This document shows positions 7,942-16,632 of a stretch of 64,000 bases of DNA, in pieces. Source of the DNA: Candidatus Latescibacterota bacterium (GTDB lineage Bacteria > Latescibacterota > UBA2968 > UBA8231). The translations under genes were made by a program, and so were the position numbers. The stretch is from assembly GCA_965242865.1 (NCBI GenBank), contig CBDETK010000013.1:1728001-1792000 (forward strand), in the 5' to 3' direction. Every line of letters begins with the position of its first letter. Position 1 is the stretch's first letter. Under the pieces are notes generated by a model. The model worked only from the letters and a program-made list of their open reading frames with translations. It was not told the origin of the DNA and ran no database searches.

Positions 7942-8946
7942 ATGCCTGCTGTTTCGCCGGCCAAACTCGTCAAGGCCGTTCTTCACGCTATACAGAAATC
8001 CGGCGGTACTGGTTTCTACGTGTCTGCAAGCTCGGCTACGCACCCCAGAGAATTTTTGGTTCAGTACCTCGAAGATACCATTTCACTTTGGGTCTATGTA
8101 TGGACGCTCACCCATGGCGGTCGGCAATCGTTACCACGCGAATACAGAATTCAGATGACCACGGTTTCCTCGCCGCTGCCGATCAATCCAAGCGGCCCTA
8201 CCGTTTTGCTGGGGTATCACGCTGAGAGCAATATGTTTGCGGGCTTTGATATAGATAAACATCGCACCTTTACCGCAGGTTCGCCCTCTGTTCAGATCGA
8301 TATAGAGGCTATTGGTACGGCGGCTGGAGATGGCCTAGCCTTTGCCCGAAAAGACAACGAGGAAATAGCCGTTGGAATTCGTCCCGATCAGTTTCTGAAT
8401 TATGTGTTTAACGCAGCCTCTCTGCATCGGCATGGAGGCGACCTGCCAACGTATGCTCTCTTGCTAAGGGCCTCTCAGTTGGAGGATATACAGCCACAAG
8501 AGCTAGAGCCGCTATCGCAAGAGCGGCAAAAGGTCGTCGCGTCGATAAGCCGCTATGCCCGGGCGGCGAATTTTCGCCGGCGAGTTATGGATGCTTATGG
8601 GAACCACTGTGCGGTGACGAGGACCCAGCTCGATCTCGTCGAGGCGGCCCATATTGTACCAGTAAAGGCCCAAGGAACCGATGATGTTTCTAATGGCCTT
8701 GCCTTGTCGCCGACCATCCATCGCGCCTATGACAACAGCTTGATTTACCTCGATGCAGGGTACTTCGTGCGGCTCAATGAACAGCAGGCGAATGCGTTAA
8801 GGGATCGACAACTCAGCGAGGGCCTTGAGCAGATGGAGCGTCACCTAAATTCTCAGATACACTTGCCGGCACACAAGGCTCAGTGGCCCGACCCCACATT
8901 GATCGAGCGAGCCAATAGGCTGCGGCGAATACCGGGCTACTGCTGA
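7942..8946 (+). CDS. HNH endonuclease with an N-terminal methylase-associated (MTaX1-like) domain; putative restriction subunit
   Basis: C-terminal FRRRVMDAY..CAVT..EAAHIVP..DDVSNGLALSPTIHRAYD; N-terminal VYVWTLTHGGR..EYRIQMT; starts 6 bp after the MTase stop. Confidence 0.85.
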   Translation: MPAVSPAKLVKAVLHAIQKSGGTGFYVSASSATHPREFLVQYLEDTISLWVYVWTLTHGGRQSLPREYRIQMTTVSSPLPINPSGPTVLLGYHAESNMFAGFDIDKHRTFTAGSPSVQIDIEAIGTAAGDGLAFARKDNEEIAVGIRPDQFLNYVFNAASLHRHGGDLPTYALLLRASQLEDIQPQELEPLSQERQKVVASISRYARAANFRRRVMDAYGNHCAVTRTQLDLVEAAHIVPVKAQGTDDVSNGLALSPTIHRAYDNSLIYLDAGYFVRLNEQQANALRDRQLSEGLEQMERHLNSQIHLPAHKAQWPDPTLIERANRLRRIPGYC

Positions 8947-8982
8947 GCGGCCGCGAACTTCGCCAAAGAAAGGAGCCCATCC

Positions 8983-10272
8983 ATGAAAAAGTACATCTTC
9001 GTCTCGGGGCTGATTTTGACCGCGCTGGGTGCGGGTGCCAGTCAGGAGTACTGGCCCCAGTGGCGCGGCCCCCACCACAACGGCGTCAGCGCGGCCGTGG
9101 ACCTACCGGTGACTTGGAGCGCGAGCGAGAACGTGGTCTGGAGCCGGAAGCTGCCCTCTTGGAGCGGGAGTACGCCGGTGGTGTGGGGCGAGCGGCTCTT
9201 TTTGACGTCGCCCAATGCGGGCGAGGAGCTCCAAGGCGGTGAAACGCTGCTTTTGGGCTGCCTGTCCGCGACCGATGGCCGCACATTGTGGCAGCGCACG
9301 CTCGACGAGGGCAATGCCTATTGGCGCAAGCACAACAACGCCACCCCGTCGCCGGTCACAGACGGCAAGCGCGTGTTGGCCGTTACCGGCACGGGGATGA
9401 TCCGGGCCTTTGATCTGGACGGCGAAGAATTGTGGCGCTACGACTTGCAGGCCGAGCACGGCCCCTTCGGCCTGATGTGGGGCTATGCCTCCTCGCCCTT
9501 GCTCCACGAGGGCCAGCTCTTCGTCGAGGTTCTGCACGGACAGAACACAGACGATGCTTCCTACCTGATTGCCTTTGACGCGGCCACGGGCGCGGTCGCG
9601 TGGCGGCGGGAGCGGCCAACCGACGCGGTGGGCGAGTCGCCGGATGCCTATACCACGCCCGTCGTCCTCGCCCACGAGGGCCAGACGCAAATCGTCGTCT
9701 CCGGCGGAGATTACCTCACCGGCCACGATCCGGCCACGGGCGAAGAGGTGTGGCGGGCGGGCGGCCTGAACCCGGACAAGGAGCGGAACTACCGGGTGGT
9801 AGGGTCGCCGGTGGCGGTCGCCGGGATGGTGTACGCGACCAGTCGCCGCAATCCAGTGCTGGCGTTCCGCGCCGGTGGCACCGGAGACATTAGCGCGAGT
9901 CACCTCGCTTGGAAGTGGACCGGGCGGGGCGGCCCGGATGTGCCCTCGGCCGTCACCGATGGCCGCTATTTTTACATGGTCGATGACCGCGGGCGAGTCT
10001 CCTGCCTCGACGCTCGGACGGGCGCGGTGATGTGGGGGCCGGAGCGCACGGCTCAGGGGCAGGTCAGTGCTTCGCCGGTCTTGGCCGACGGCAAGCTCTA
10101 CGTGGTCAATGAAAACGCGGTGACGACCGTGCTCCAAGCCGGCCCAGAGTACAACGTGCTGGCCACCAACGAACTCGACGGAGCCTATACCCTGTCTTCG
10201 CCAGCCATTGCCGGGGGGCGGCTCTTCCTGCGGACGGAATCGCATCTGTACTGCATTGGCCGGGCGCGTTAG
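8983..10272 (+). CDS. PQQ-binding-like beta-propeller repeat protein (BamB-like), exported
   Basis: Signal peptide, WPQWRGP, repeated SP/TPV..G and W motifs. Confidence 0.9.
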   Translation: MKKYIFVSGLILTALGAGASQEYWPQWRGPHHNGVSAAVDLPVTWSASENVVWSRKLPSWSGSTPVVWGERLFLTSPNAGEELQGGETLLLGCLSATDGRTLWQRTLDEGNAYWRKHNNATPSPVTDGKRVLAVTGTGMIRAFDLDGEELWRYDLQAEHGPFGLMWGYASSPLLHEGQLFVEVLHGQNTDDASYLIAFDAATGAVAWRRERPTDAVGESPDAYTTPVVLAHEGQTQIVVSGGDYLTGHDPATGEEVWRAGGLNPDKERNYRVVGSPVAVAGMVYATSRRNPVLAFRAGGTGDISASHLAWKWTGRGGPDVPSAVTDGRYFYMVDDRGRVSCLDARTGAVMWGPERTAQGQVSASPVLADGKLYVVNENAVTTVLQAGPEYNVLATNELDGAYTLSSPAIAGGRLFLRTESHLYCIGRAR

Positions 10273-10290
10273 TTCGTTCGTGGCTAAGAT

Positions 10291-10340
10291 CCGGGGTCGA
10301 GGGCGTCTCGCCCTCGACGAGGGCAAGATGCCCTCGATCC
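10291..10340. repeat. Double REP-like palindrome between convergent genes
   Basis: gtcgagggcgtctcgccctcgac followed by gagggcaagatgccctcgatcc; near reverse complement of 16546-16594. Confidence 0.8.
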
Positions 10341-10362
10341 TTTGTAAGGCACGGGCCGCGCC

Positions 10363-13300
10363 CTATTCGGCCTTGAGAGCGGCCAGCAGGGGGCGGCGCA
10401 GTGCTAAGTGCGCGGCGACCGCACACGCCAACAGGCCGGCCGCGCAGACCAAGCCGAGCGAAAGGCCCAGCGCGGCCCAAGGCAGCGGGGTGGGGTCGAA
10501 GAGGCGGGGGGCCACGGCGATGAGGGCGGCGACGCTGCCGATTCCCTCGCCGGCGAGCAGGAGGAAGCCGTGCTCGTAGAGCAGCATCGCCCGCAGGCGG
10601 GCGCGGCCAAAGCCACAGGCGGCCAAGGTCGCTAACTCGCCCCCCCGCTCGAGGACGTTGCGCAAGATGAGGATTCCCAACCCCAGCGTCCCCAAGAGCA
10701 GCCCCAGCAAGCCCAGCGTCTGAAAGGTCGATAGGTACGTGTTTTCGACAGCGCGGTAGCCTTGGAGGCGGTCGGCACTCGAGGTGGCGTCGAGACCGTA
10801 GGGCACCAGTCCCTTTTCGAGCGCGGTCGCAATGGCCGCGGGTCGTTCGGTTTCGACTAGGAAGTAGCCATGGCCTTCGCGGTCGGGAAAGTGCGCGGCA
10901 AAGCGGTCTTCGGCAATGAGCAACTCGCTCTGGAACAGGCTGCCGTCCAACAACCCGACCAACCGCGCGGTCAACCCTTCGGCAATGGGAATGTCGTCGC
11001 CCAGCCCCTTGTGCAAAATCCATTGCGCCGAACGAAAATCGCCGATAGCTGGGACGACGCCCGGCCCCAAATCGCGCTGGAGCAATTGCCAAGGATTGGC
11101 GCGCTCGGCCGGCGTCAGCGCGAGGGTCTGCCGGAAGGGCCAGCCGCCGCGCTCGATGAATTCGGCCGGTGCGCCGAGGACGCGCGGGGCTTGGGGCCGG
11201 TAGAGGTTGAGGCAGCTCACATCGTCGCCGGGTAGGACGCGGAAGGGAAAAAAGCGCGCGGCAGCCAAGCCGGTGCCCAGCCCCAATTCAAAGCGACCGT
11301 CCGCGCTGTTGAGGTCTTGGTGCAGGGGAATTTCCGCTTCGGCCACCAGCGCGAAACCGCCGGCGCCCGGATCGTCAGCCCACTCGACCTGCCGATGGGC
11401 GCCGGCCGCGACGATGACAAAGGTCGCGCCGGCGACGAGGGCGGTGCAGAGGGCACTGCGGCTGGGCTTGCGGGTGCAGTTGAGGATCCCCAAGCCGAGG
11501 CTGGAGCGCCGGCGGCCCGAGGGCGGAGCGCGCAACCACCCCGCGAACAGGGCCAACAAGGCCAACAGGGCGGCCGTGCCGCTGCCCAAGAACAGCGCGG
11601 CCGCCGTGGCCGCATCGGCTCTACTGGCGAGGATGCTCAAGGCAAGCGCGAGCGCAAGGGCGAGCGCGGCGAGGACGGCCCGGCGGCCGCATGGGCGTGG
11701 CTGGGCCGCATCGAGGGCCCCGGCCAGCAGGGCGCGGACCGGCCGCCGGTGGTAGTGCCGCACGGTGCGCCACAGCGCTAGCGAGACCAGCAGCAGGGTC
11801 GATAAGTAGCCCAACCCCAAGCTCGGCCAGCGGACGTGGAGCTGGAGGAAGGGCGTACCAATGGCCTCCAACCAATAGGTGTGCAAGCCGACCAGCAGCA
11901 GGTAAGCGTAGAGCAAGGCTCCGGCGAGGCCGAGAAGCCCACCCAGCGCGGCCAAGGCAATGCCCTCGCCCAAGAAACGCCGGCTCACCGCGGCGAGCGG
12001 GTAGCCGGTCGCCAGCAGCAGCCCCGCTTCGCTGGCGCGTTGTTCGAGCCCGAACTTGCACAGCAGGACCACTAAGAGCGCGGCCGCGGCAATGAGGAAG
12101 AGGCTGAAGCCGATAAAGAGGCCGCTGAAGTCCGTAGCCCCCTGAGAAGCCGCAATGGCCTGTGCGCGGACGGGACGCAAGGCGAAGTCGGCCGATGCTA
12201 GGCGTTCTAGCAGGGCGCGGCGCAGGCTTTGATAGTCGGCTGGCGAGGGAGGATAGAAGCGGACCGCGGTCAGCGCACCGTGGCGGCTGCCCCACAGGCG
12301 TTGGCCCGTCCGAGCCGCGACAAAGGCTTTGGGCGCGGCCCCGTACTGATCCCAGTAGGCTTCGTCCTGCGGGCAAATTTGCCCCATGTCGATGGGAAAG
12401 GGCGCGTCCCAAGCCGCCATGTCGCCTTCTTCCTGCAACCCCGGATAGGCCGGCGTCAGCGTCGGGTCAACGGCCAAGCCGCGCATCTGCACGATCCCTT
12501 GCAGGCGGAAGTGGGCCTGCTCGGTCCGCAGTGCTTGGCGCGGGCCGACCGCGTAATAGGTCAGGGCAATGGAGTCGCCGAGGGCCGCGGCCAGCTCGCG
12601 GGCGGTCCAAGCGTCGAGGTAGAGGGCGTCGGCGGCGAGGGGCGGTGCCGGCCGTCCATCGGCGAGATAGAGGCCGGTGGGGTCGTCGAGGCCGGTAACG
12701 GTCGAGTAGGGGACTTGGCGGCCATGGCCTGTAATGGCGTTGGCCAGATAGGTCGAGAACGTCGCGGTTTTGAGCTGCAAGGCCGCAGCACTGGCCAAGG
12801 CCGCGGCGCGGGTTGAGTCGTTGAGGACAAAGCGGGTGCTGGTGAGCTCGATGTAGTTGGAGTGCAGCGCGAGGTCGAGCTGGTGGTCGGCCAAGCTCAG
12901 GTGTTGGGCGAGCGCGTCTTGGGATTGGTGCGCCGGCGCGGCCATGAGCAGGGCGTTGACGCGGCCCGGTTGGCCGAGGACGCGCTGGAGGACGGGGAGG
13001 GCGAGGTACGCGTTCAGGGGCCGATGCTGATGCGCCCGCAGGCCAAAGCGTCCCGCCCCTCGGTCGGGCAAGACGCCGGTGAGCACCGCGCGCAGCGTGG
13101 TGACGAGGTCGCCGGTAGCGCGGCGGCCAAACAGGGATTCGCGGTACGGTGCGCTGGGACGCTCCAGCGAGAGCAACACGGCGTCGCCTAGTTCGAGGCC
13201 GAGGGCGCGTTGCAGCGCGGCATTGACCACGAGCGCGGGAAACGGCTGCCCGGGGATTGGCGCGAGCCCGTCGCGCAGGGCGGGGCTGTCTCGGGGAAAG

Positions 13301-13620
13301 AGCGCGGCAAAGCGGGCGTCAACGCCTTGGATCTGCACGCCAGCCGCGAGCTGTTGGGTCTCGGCGTGTCGGGCGCTGCCGGTGAGGAGGATGGCGGGCG
13401 CGGGATCGGCCGGCAGCGCGTCGCCCAAGTCGCTGCGGAAAAAGTGCGCGGCCACCAGCGCGTACTCAATGCGGCCCAGCCGCGCCAAAGCCAAGTCGCG
13501 CAAACTCCCGCGCATGGAATCGCCGACGAGGAGCGCGCCGGTCAGAGCGGTTGTGGCGACAGCCGTCCCCAGCAGCAGCCCTAGGTGAACCCGCCAGTAG
13601 TAACTCAGGCTTCGACGCAC
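10363..13620 (-). CDS. FtsX/MacB-like ABC transporter permease (duplicated)
   Basis: Start moved to GTG at 13620 (VRRSLSYYWRVHLG), overlapping the ATPase stop; two FtsX-type TM blocks (EQRASEAGLLLATGY; ERGGELATLAACGF). Confidence 0.88.
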   Translation of the reverse strand: MRRSLSYYWRVHLGLLLGTAVATTALTGALLVGDSMRGSLRDLALARLGRIEYALVAAHFFRSDLGDALPADPAPAILLTGSARHAETQQLAAGVQIQGVDARFAALFPRDSPALRDGLAPIPGQPFPALVVNAALQRALGLELGDAVLLSLERPSAPYRESLFGRRATGDLVTTLRAVLTGVLPDRGAGRFGLRAHQHRPLNAYLALPVLQRVLGQPGRVNALLMAAPAHQSQDALAQHLSLADHQLDLALHSNYIELTSTRFVLNDSTRAAALASAAALQLKTATFSTYLANAITGHGRQVPYSTVTGLDDPTGLYLADGRPAPPLAADALYLDAWTARELAAALGDSIALTYYAVGPRQALRTEQAHFRLQGIVQMRGLAVDPTLTPAYPGLQEEGDMAAWDAPFPIDMGQICPQDEAYWDQYGAAPKAFVAARTGQRLWGSRHGALTAVRFYPPSPADYQSLRRALLERLASADFALRPVRAQAIAASQGATDFSGLFIGFSLFLIAAAALLVVLLCKFGLEQRASEAGLLLATGYPLAAVSRRFLGEGIALAALGGLLGLAGALLYAYLLLVGLHTYWLEAIGTPFLQLHVRWPSLGLGYLSTLLLVSLALWRTVRHYHRRPVRALLAGALDAAQPRPCGRRAVLAALALALALALSILASRADAATAAALFLGSGTAALLALLALFAGWLRAPPSGRRRSSLGLGILNCTRKPSRSALCTALVAGATFVIVAAGAHRQVEWADDPGAGGFALVAEAEIPLHQDLNSADGRFELGLGTGLAAARFFPFRVLPGDDVSCLNLYRPQAPRVLGAPAEFIERGGWPFRQTLALTPAERANPWQLLQRDLGPGVVPAIGDFRSAQWILHKGLGDDIPIAEGLTARLVGLLDGSLFQSELLIAEDRFAAHFPDREGHGYFLVETERPAAIATALEKGLVPYGLDATSSADRLQGYRAVENTYLSTFQTLGLLGLLLGTLGLGILILRNVLERGGELATLAACGFGRARLRAMLLYEHGFLLLAGEGIGSVAALIAVAPRLFDPTPLPWAALGLSLGLVCAAGLLACAVAAHLALRRPLLAALKAE

Positions 13621-14282
13621 ATGCCCTCGCGCAAATGCAGGCGGCGGTCGCAGCGGGCCGCGAGCGCTAGATCGTGGGTTGCGATGACGAGGGCGGCTCG
13701 CTCGGCCCGGTGGAGCGCGAAGAGCAGGTCCGCGACCGTGGTCGCGGTCTGGCGGTCGAGGCTGCCGGTCGGCTCGTCGCAGAGCAAGAGACCGGGCTGA
13801 TTGAGCAAGGCACGCGCCACGGCCACGCGCTGGCATTCGCCGCCCGACAACTCGGCCGGGCGATGGTGCAGCCGCTTTTCCAGCCCGACAGCCCGCAACA
13901 AGTCGCGGGCGCGGCCGCGCCGGTCGGCTTGGGGAAAGGCCAGGGCGGGGATTAGGGCGTTTTCGAGGGCTGAGTACTGGGGCAGCAGGTGGTGGTTTTG
14001 AAAGACGAAGCCGATGTGCTGGTTGCGGAAGCGGGCGAGTTGCGGCTCGGCAAGGGTTAGAGGATCCGCGCCGTTGATCGCGATCTGGCCCGAGGTGGGG
14101 GGGTCGAGGGTGCCGAGCAGGTGCAGCAAGGTGCTCTTGCCCGAGCCGGACGGGCCGATCAACGCGACCGACTGGCCCGCATCCACGCGCAGCGAAACGC
14201 CGCACAGCACTTCAACGGTCTGGTCGCCGAGGGCAAAGTGCTTGCAGACCTCAACGGCGACGAGGGCCGGGGCGGTGCTCAT
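13605..14282 (-). CDS. ABC transporter ATP-binding protein (LolD/MacB-like)
   Basis: GPSGSGKST, LSGGECQR, LLCDEPTGSLD, ATHD. Confidence 0.93.
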   Translation of the reverse strand: MSTAPALVAVEVCKHFALGDQTVEVLCGVSLRVDAGQSVALIGPSGSGKSTLLHLLGTLDPPTSGQIAINGADPLTLAEPQLARFRNQHIGFVFQNHHLLPQYSALENALIPALAFPQADRRGRARDLLRAVGLEKRLHHRPAELSGGECQRVAVARALLNQPGLLLCDEPTGSLDRQTATTVADLLFALHRAERAALVIATHDLALAARCDRRLHLREGMCVEA

Positions 14283-14689
14283 GGCGCCAGCTTGCGGGCG
14301 ATAAAGTCGGGGATGGGGATGGCGCGGATGTGCTCGCCCGGATTGCAGACGCAGCAGACGACCGTGAGCCGCCCTTGGGCTATTGATTCGCCGTTGCAGT
14401 CGAAGTCAAAGCGAAAGCGGAGGGATTTCTCGCCCTGCTTTTCGAGGGATAGCTCGATGTCGAGGATGTCTTCAAAGGCGACCGGGCAGAAGTACTCGCA
14501 TTCGGCGGCGAGGCGGGGCCAGCTAATGAGGTCGCCGTCGCGCTCGCTGTGGACGCTCAGGTCGAGGCTGCGCCAGAACGCGTGCTCGGCTGCCTCCATA
14601 AAGACGAAAAAGCGCGCAAAGTGGACGATACCGGCCTGATCGGTATCGGCCCACTCAACGCGGCGGCGCGTGCAAAACGCAGCCGGCAC
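14279..14689 (-). CDS. Acyl-CoA thioesterase (4HBT/YbgC hot-dog family)
   Basis: RRVEWADTDQAGIVHFARFFVFMEAAE motif; start moved to GTG at 14689. Confidence 0.85.
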   Translation of the reverse strand: MPAAFCTRRRVEWADTDQAGIVHFARFFVFMEAAEHAFWRSLDLSVHSERDGDLISWPRLAAECEYFCPVAFEDILDIELSLEKQGEKSLRFRFDFDCNGESIAQGRLTVVCCVCNPGEHIRAIPIPDFIARKLAP

Positions 14690-14690
14690 G

Positions 14691-15161
14691 TCAGGTGCCC
14701 GGGCGGAAGAAGGTGACCAAGCAGCCGCCCAATGCGGCCAAGACGATGCCGAGGACAAAGGGCCAGCGCACGGCCGCCCAGCCCCCGGCCGGCGGATGCA
14801 CGAGCGCGGCGACGACCGCGTTGACGATGGGCGCCCCGGCAAAGACGATGGACATGACCACGGCCGGCGTCCCCTTGGCACCAAAGGCGAGCAGGACGCC
14901 CAACGCGCCGATGGCACCGGCGATGCCGGCGACCGTGGACCAAAAGACGCCCTTGGCCGGGTAGAGCCAGTTCGCGCCATGGTAGGTGAGGACGATCAGC
15001 GAGCCAAAGACCGCGGCGAGCAAATAGGCCAAGCCGACGAAGAGGAAGGCTTTGTAGCGGCCGTTTACCGGGTCGGCCATGGCGAGCTGACCGGCGTGTA
15101 GCAGGACGCCGTAGAGGCCCCAGCTAGCCACGGTGAGGAGGGCAAAGACGAGCCAAGTCAT
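14691..15161 (-). CDS. Small membrane protein (EamA/DMT-like, about 5 TM)
   Basis: Hydrophobic; MTWLVFALLTVASWGLYG start is typical of DMT-like proteins. Confidence 0.7.
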   Translation of the reverse strand: MTWLVFALLTVASWGLYGVLLHAGQLAMADPVNGRYKAFLFVGLAYLLAAVFGSLIVLTYHGANWLYPAKGVFWSTVAGIAGAIGALGVLLAFGAKGTPAVVMSIVFAGAPIVNAVVAALVHPPAGGWAAVRWPFVLGIVLAALGGCLVTFFRPGT

Positions 15162-15236
15162 GGCGATAATCCTTTCGCTTGGGCGTTGCGCCCATAATGT
15201 GGTTAGGAGACTCGCTGCTGTCGAGAGGTCAGGAGA

Positions 15237-15476
15237 TCCCGCACCAGCCCGCGGTAAAACGCCCGTTTACCCCCGCCTTTGAGCGCATACAACACCCCTA
15301 AGGTTACGACCTCACTGGGATATAAGGACGCTTGCGGATGGTTGGGCACAGCAAGCTTATGATTGTCAATACGGTAGAACAGGGCTATTATAAACTCGGC
15401 CGTGGTTATCAGGACGCTCCGTAGCTGAAAGGGTGGATACTCTCAGCGTAGGAACTACCGGGACCACGGTCAACAT
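15237..15476 (-). mobile_element. Partial copy of the IS982-like element (5' part of transposase)
   Basis: Near-identical to about 16118-16356, same orientation, directly abutting the full copy. Confidence 0.85.
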
Positions 15477-15480
15477 TGGT

Positions 15481-16378
15481 TATATAACTAATGGTGCTAG
15501 TGTTTTACAATCCGAACTCGGCAATAGACAACGGGACGAATCCGTTTTCATCGGGCTGCCTTCCATGCCACTGCACCAGCAGGTTGAAGGCGGCCATGGC
15601 AAAGCTGAGATGGGCAGTACAATACGCCCACGCCCGATGGGTCTGCTGCTTAAAGCGGGCGATTCGGGTGAGCATGGAAAAGACGGTCTCAATGAGCATC
15701 CGCTCGTTCCACGTGTTGCGAGGCCAGACTTTCAGATTGGCCGGATCGCCGGTTTTGGCATGAAAGCCTGGGTCGCTGAGCAGGATCATCTGCTGTTGGA
15801 AGCGTCGGATCATGGGATGAAAGACCGTATCGTGGACTTATGCCGTGTTCCAATCCCAATCCACGATCCGCCCCCACTGATTGACGATAACGCAGAGCTT
15901 GCCGCCGACTCGCCAGCGGTGATTGGAGAGCCCTTTCTTCCCGAGGGAGTGCTGTGCCCGACCCTGACGCACCGGATGGATCAACTCGATACCATAGCTG
16001 TCGACCACCCCCAACGTCGTCGGCTCGGCGCGGAAGCGGTCGGTCCAATCGGCATGGGCGGCGAAGAGGCGGAACAAGCGGGTGCGCGACGGCAGGCGCG
16101 GGAACCAAGCGTGCCAGTCCCGCACCAGCCCGCGGTAAAACGCCCGTTTACCCCCGCCTTTGAGCGCATACAACATCCCTAAGGTGACCACCTCACTGGG
16201 ATATAAGGACGCCTGCGGGTGTTTGGGCACATCAAGCTTATGATTGTCAATGCGGTAGAACAGGGCTATTATAAACTCGGCCGTGGTCATCGGAACGCTC
16301 CGGGGCTGAAAGGGTGGATACTCTCAGCGTAGGAACTACTTTGACCACGGTCAACATACTAGCACCATTAGTTATATA
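15481..16378 (-). mobile_element. IS982-like insertion sequence with perfect 21-bp inverted ends
   Basis: TATATAACTAATGGTGCTAGT at 15481-15501 and its reverse complement at 16358-16378 (the outer bases may include target site). Confidence 0.85.
15505..16290 (-). pseudogene. DDE transposase (IS982-like) with one in-frame stop
   Basis: ORFs 15838-16290 and 15505-15813 are in the same frame, separated by TAA at 15838-15840; motifs VVDSYGIE, LSDPGFH, RMLIETVFSML. Confidence 0.82.
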
Positions 16379-16438
16379 GCCGTCCTAAATGACTTGCAAG
16401 CATGGAATGTTCATCGGCACTGTTTTTTGTATAGAGGG

Positions 16439-16465
16439 GTCACTCCCGTGAAAACGGGAATCCAG
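16439..16465. repeat. GTCAYTCCCG...CGGGAATCCAG palindromic repeat
   Basis: gtcactcccgtgaaaacgggaatccag; second copy at about 63115-63141. Confidence 0.65.
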
Positions 16466-16545
16466 CCGGGACCGTTTGGACGCAAGGGACGACCACCAGA
16501 GTTTGCAGAGCAGACCGCTTTTACTACCCGACACCCGCTTTCCAC

Positions 16546-16594
16546 GGATCGAGGGCATCTTGCCCTCGTCGAGGGCGGGACGCCCTTGATCCCG
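16546..16594. repeat. Double REP-like palindrome
   Basis: ggatcgagggcatcttgccctcgtcgagggcgggacgcccttgatccc. Confidence 0.8.
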
Positions 16595-16632
16595 GGGCGT
16601 ACTCAAATAGGGGTCGCGTACTTAGGTTCCCC

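Noticed and set aside
9103-11092. Long alternative-frame ORFs (407 aa, 328 aa) and similar ones at 26908-28336 and 58068-59069
   Set aside because: Arg/Pro/Gly-rich shadow frames typical of high-GC DNA, overlapping well-supported genes.
13621-14205. N-terminal 195 aa of the 1280-aa permease ORF
   Set aside because: Overlaps the ABC ATPase in another frame; the real start is probably GTG at 13620.
15433-16182. 249-aa plus-strand ORF
   Set aside because: Antisense shadow of the IS982-like transposase.
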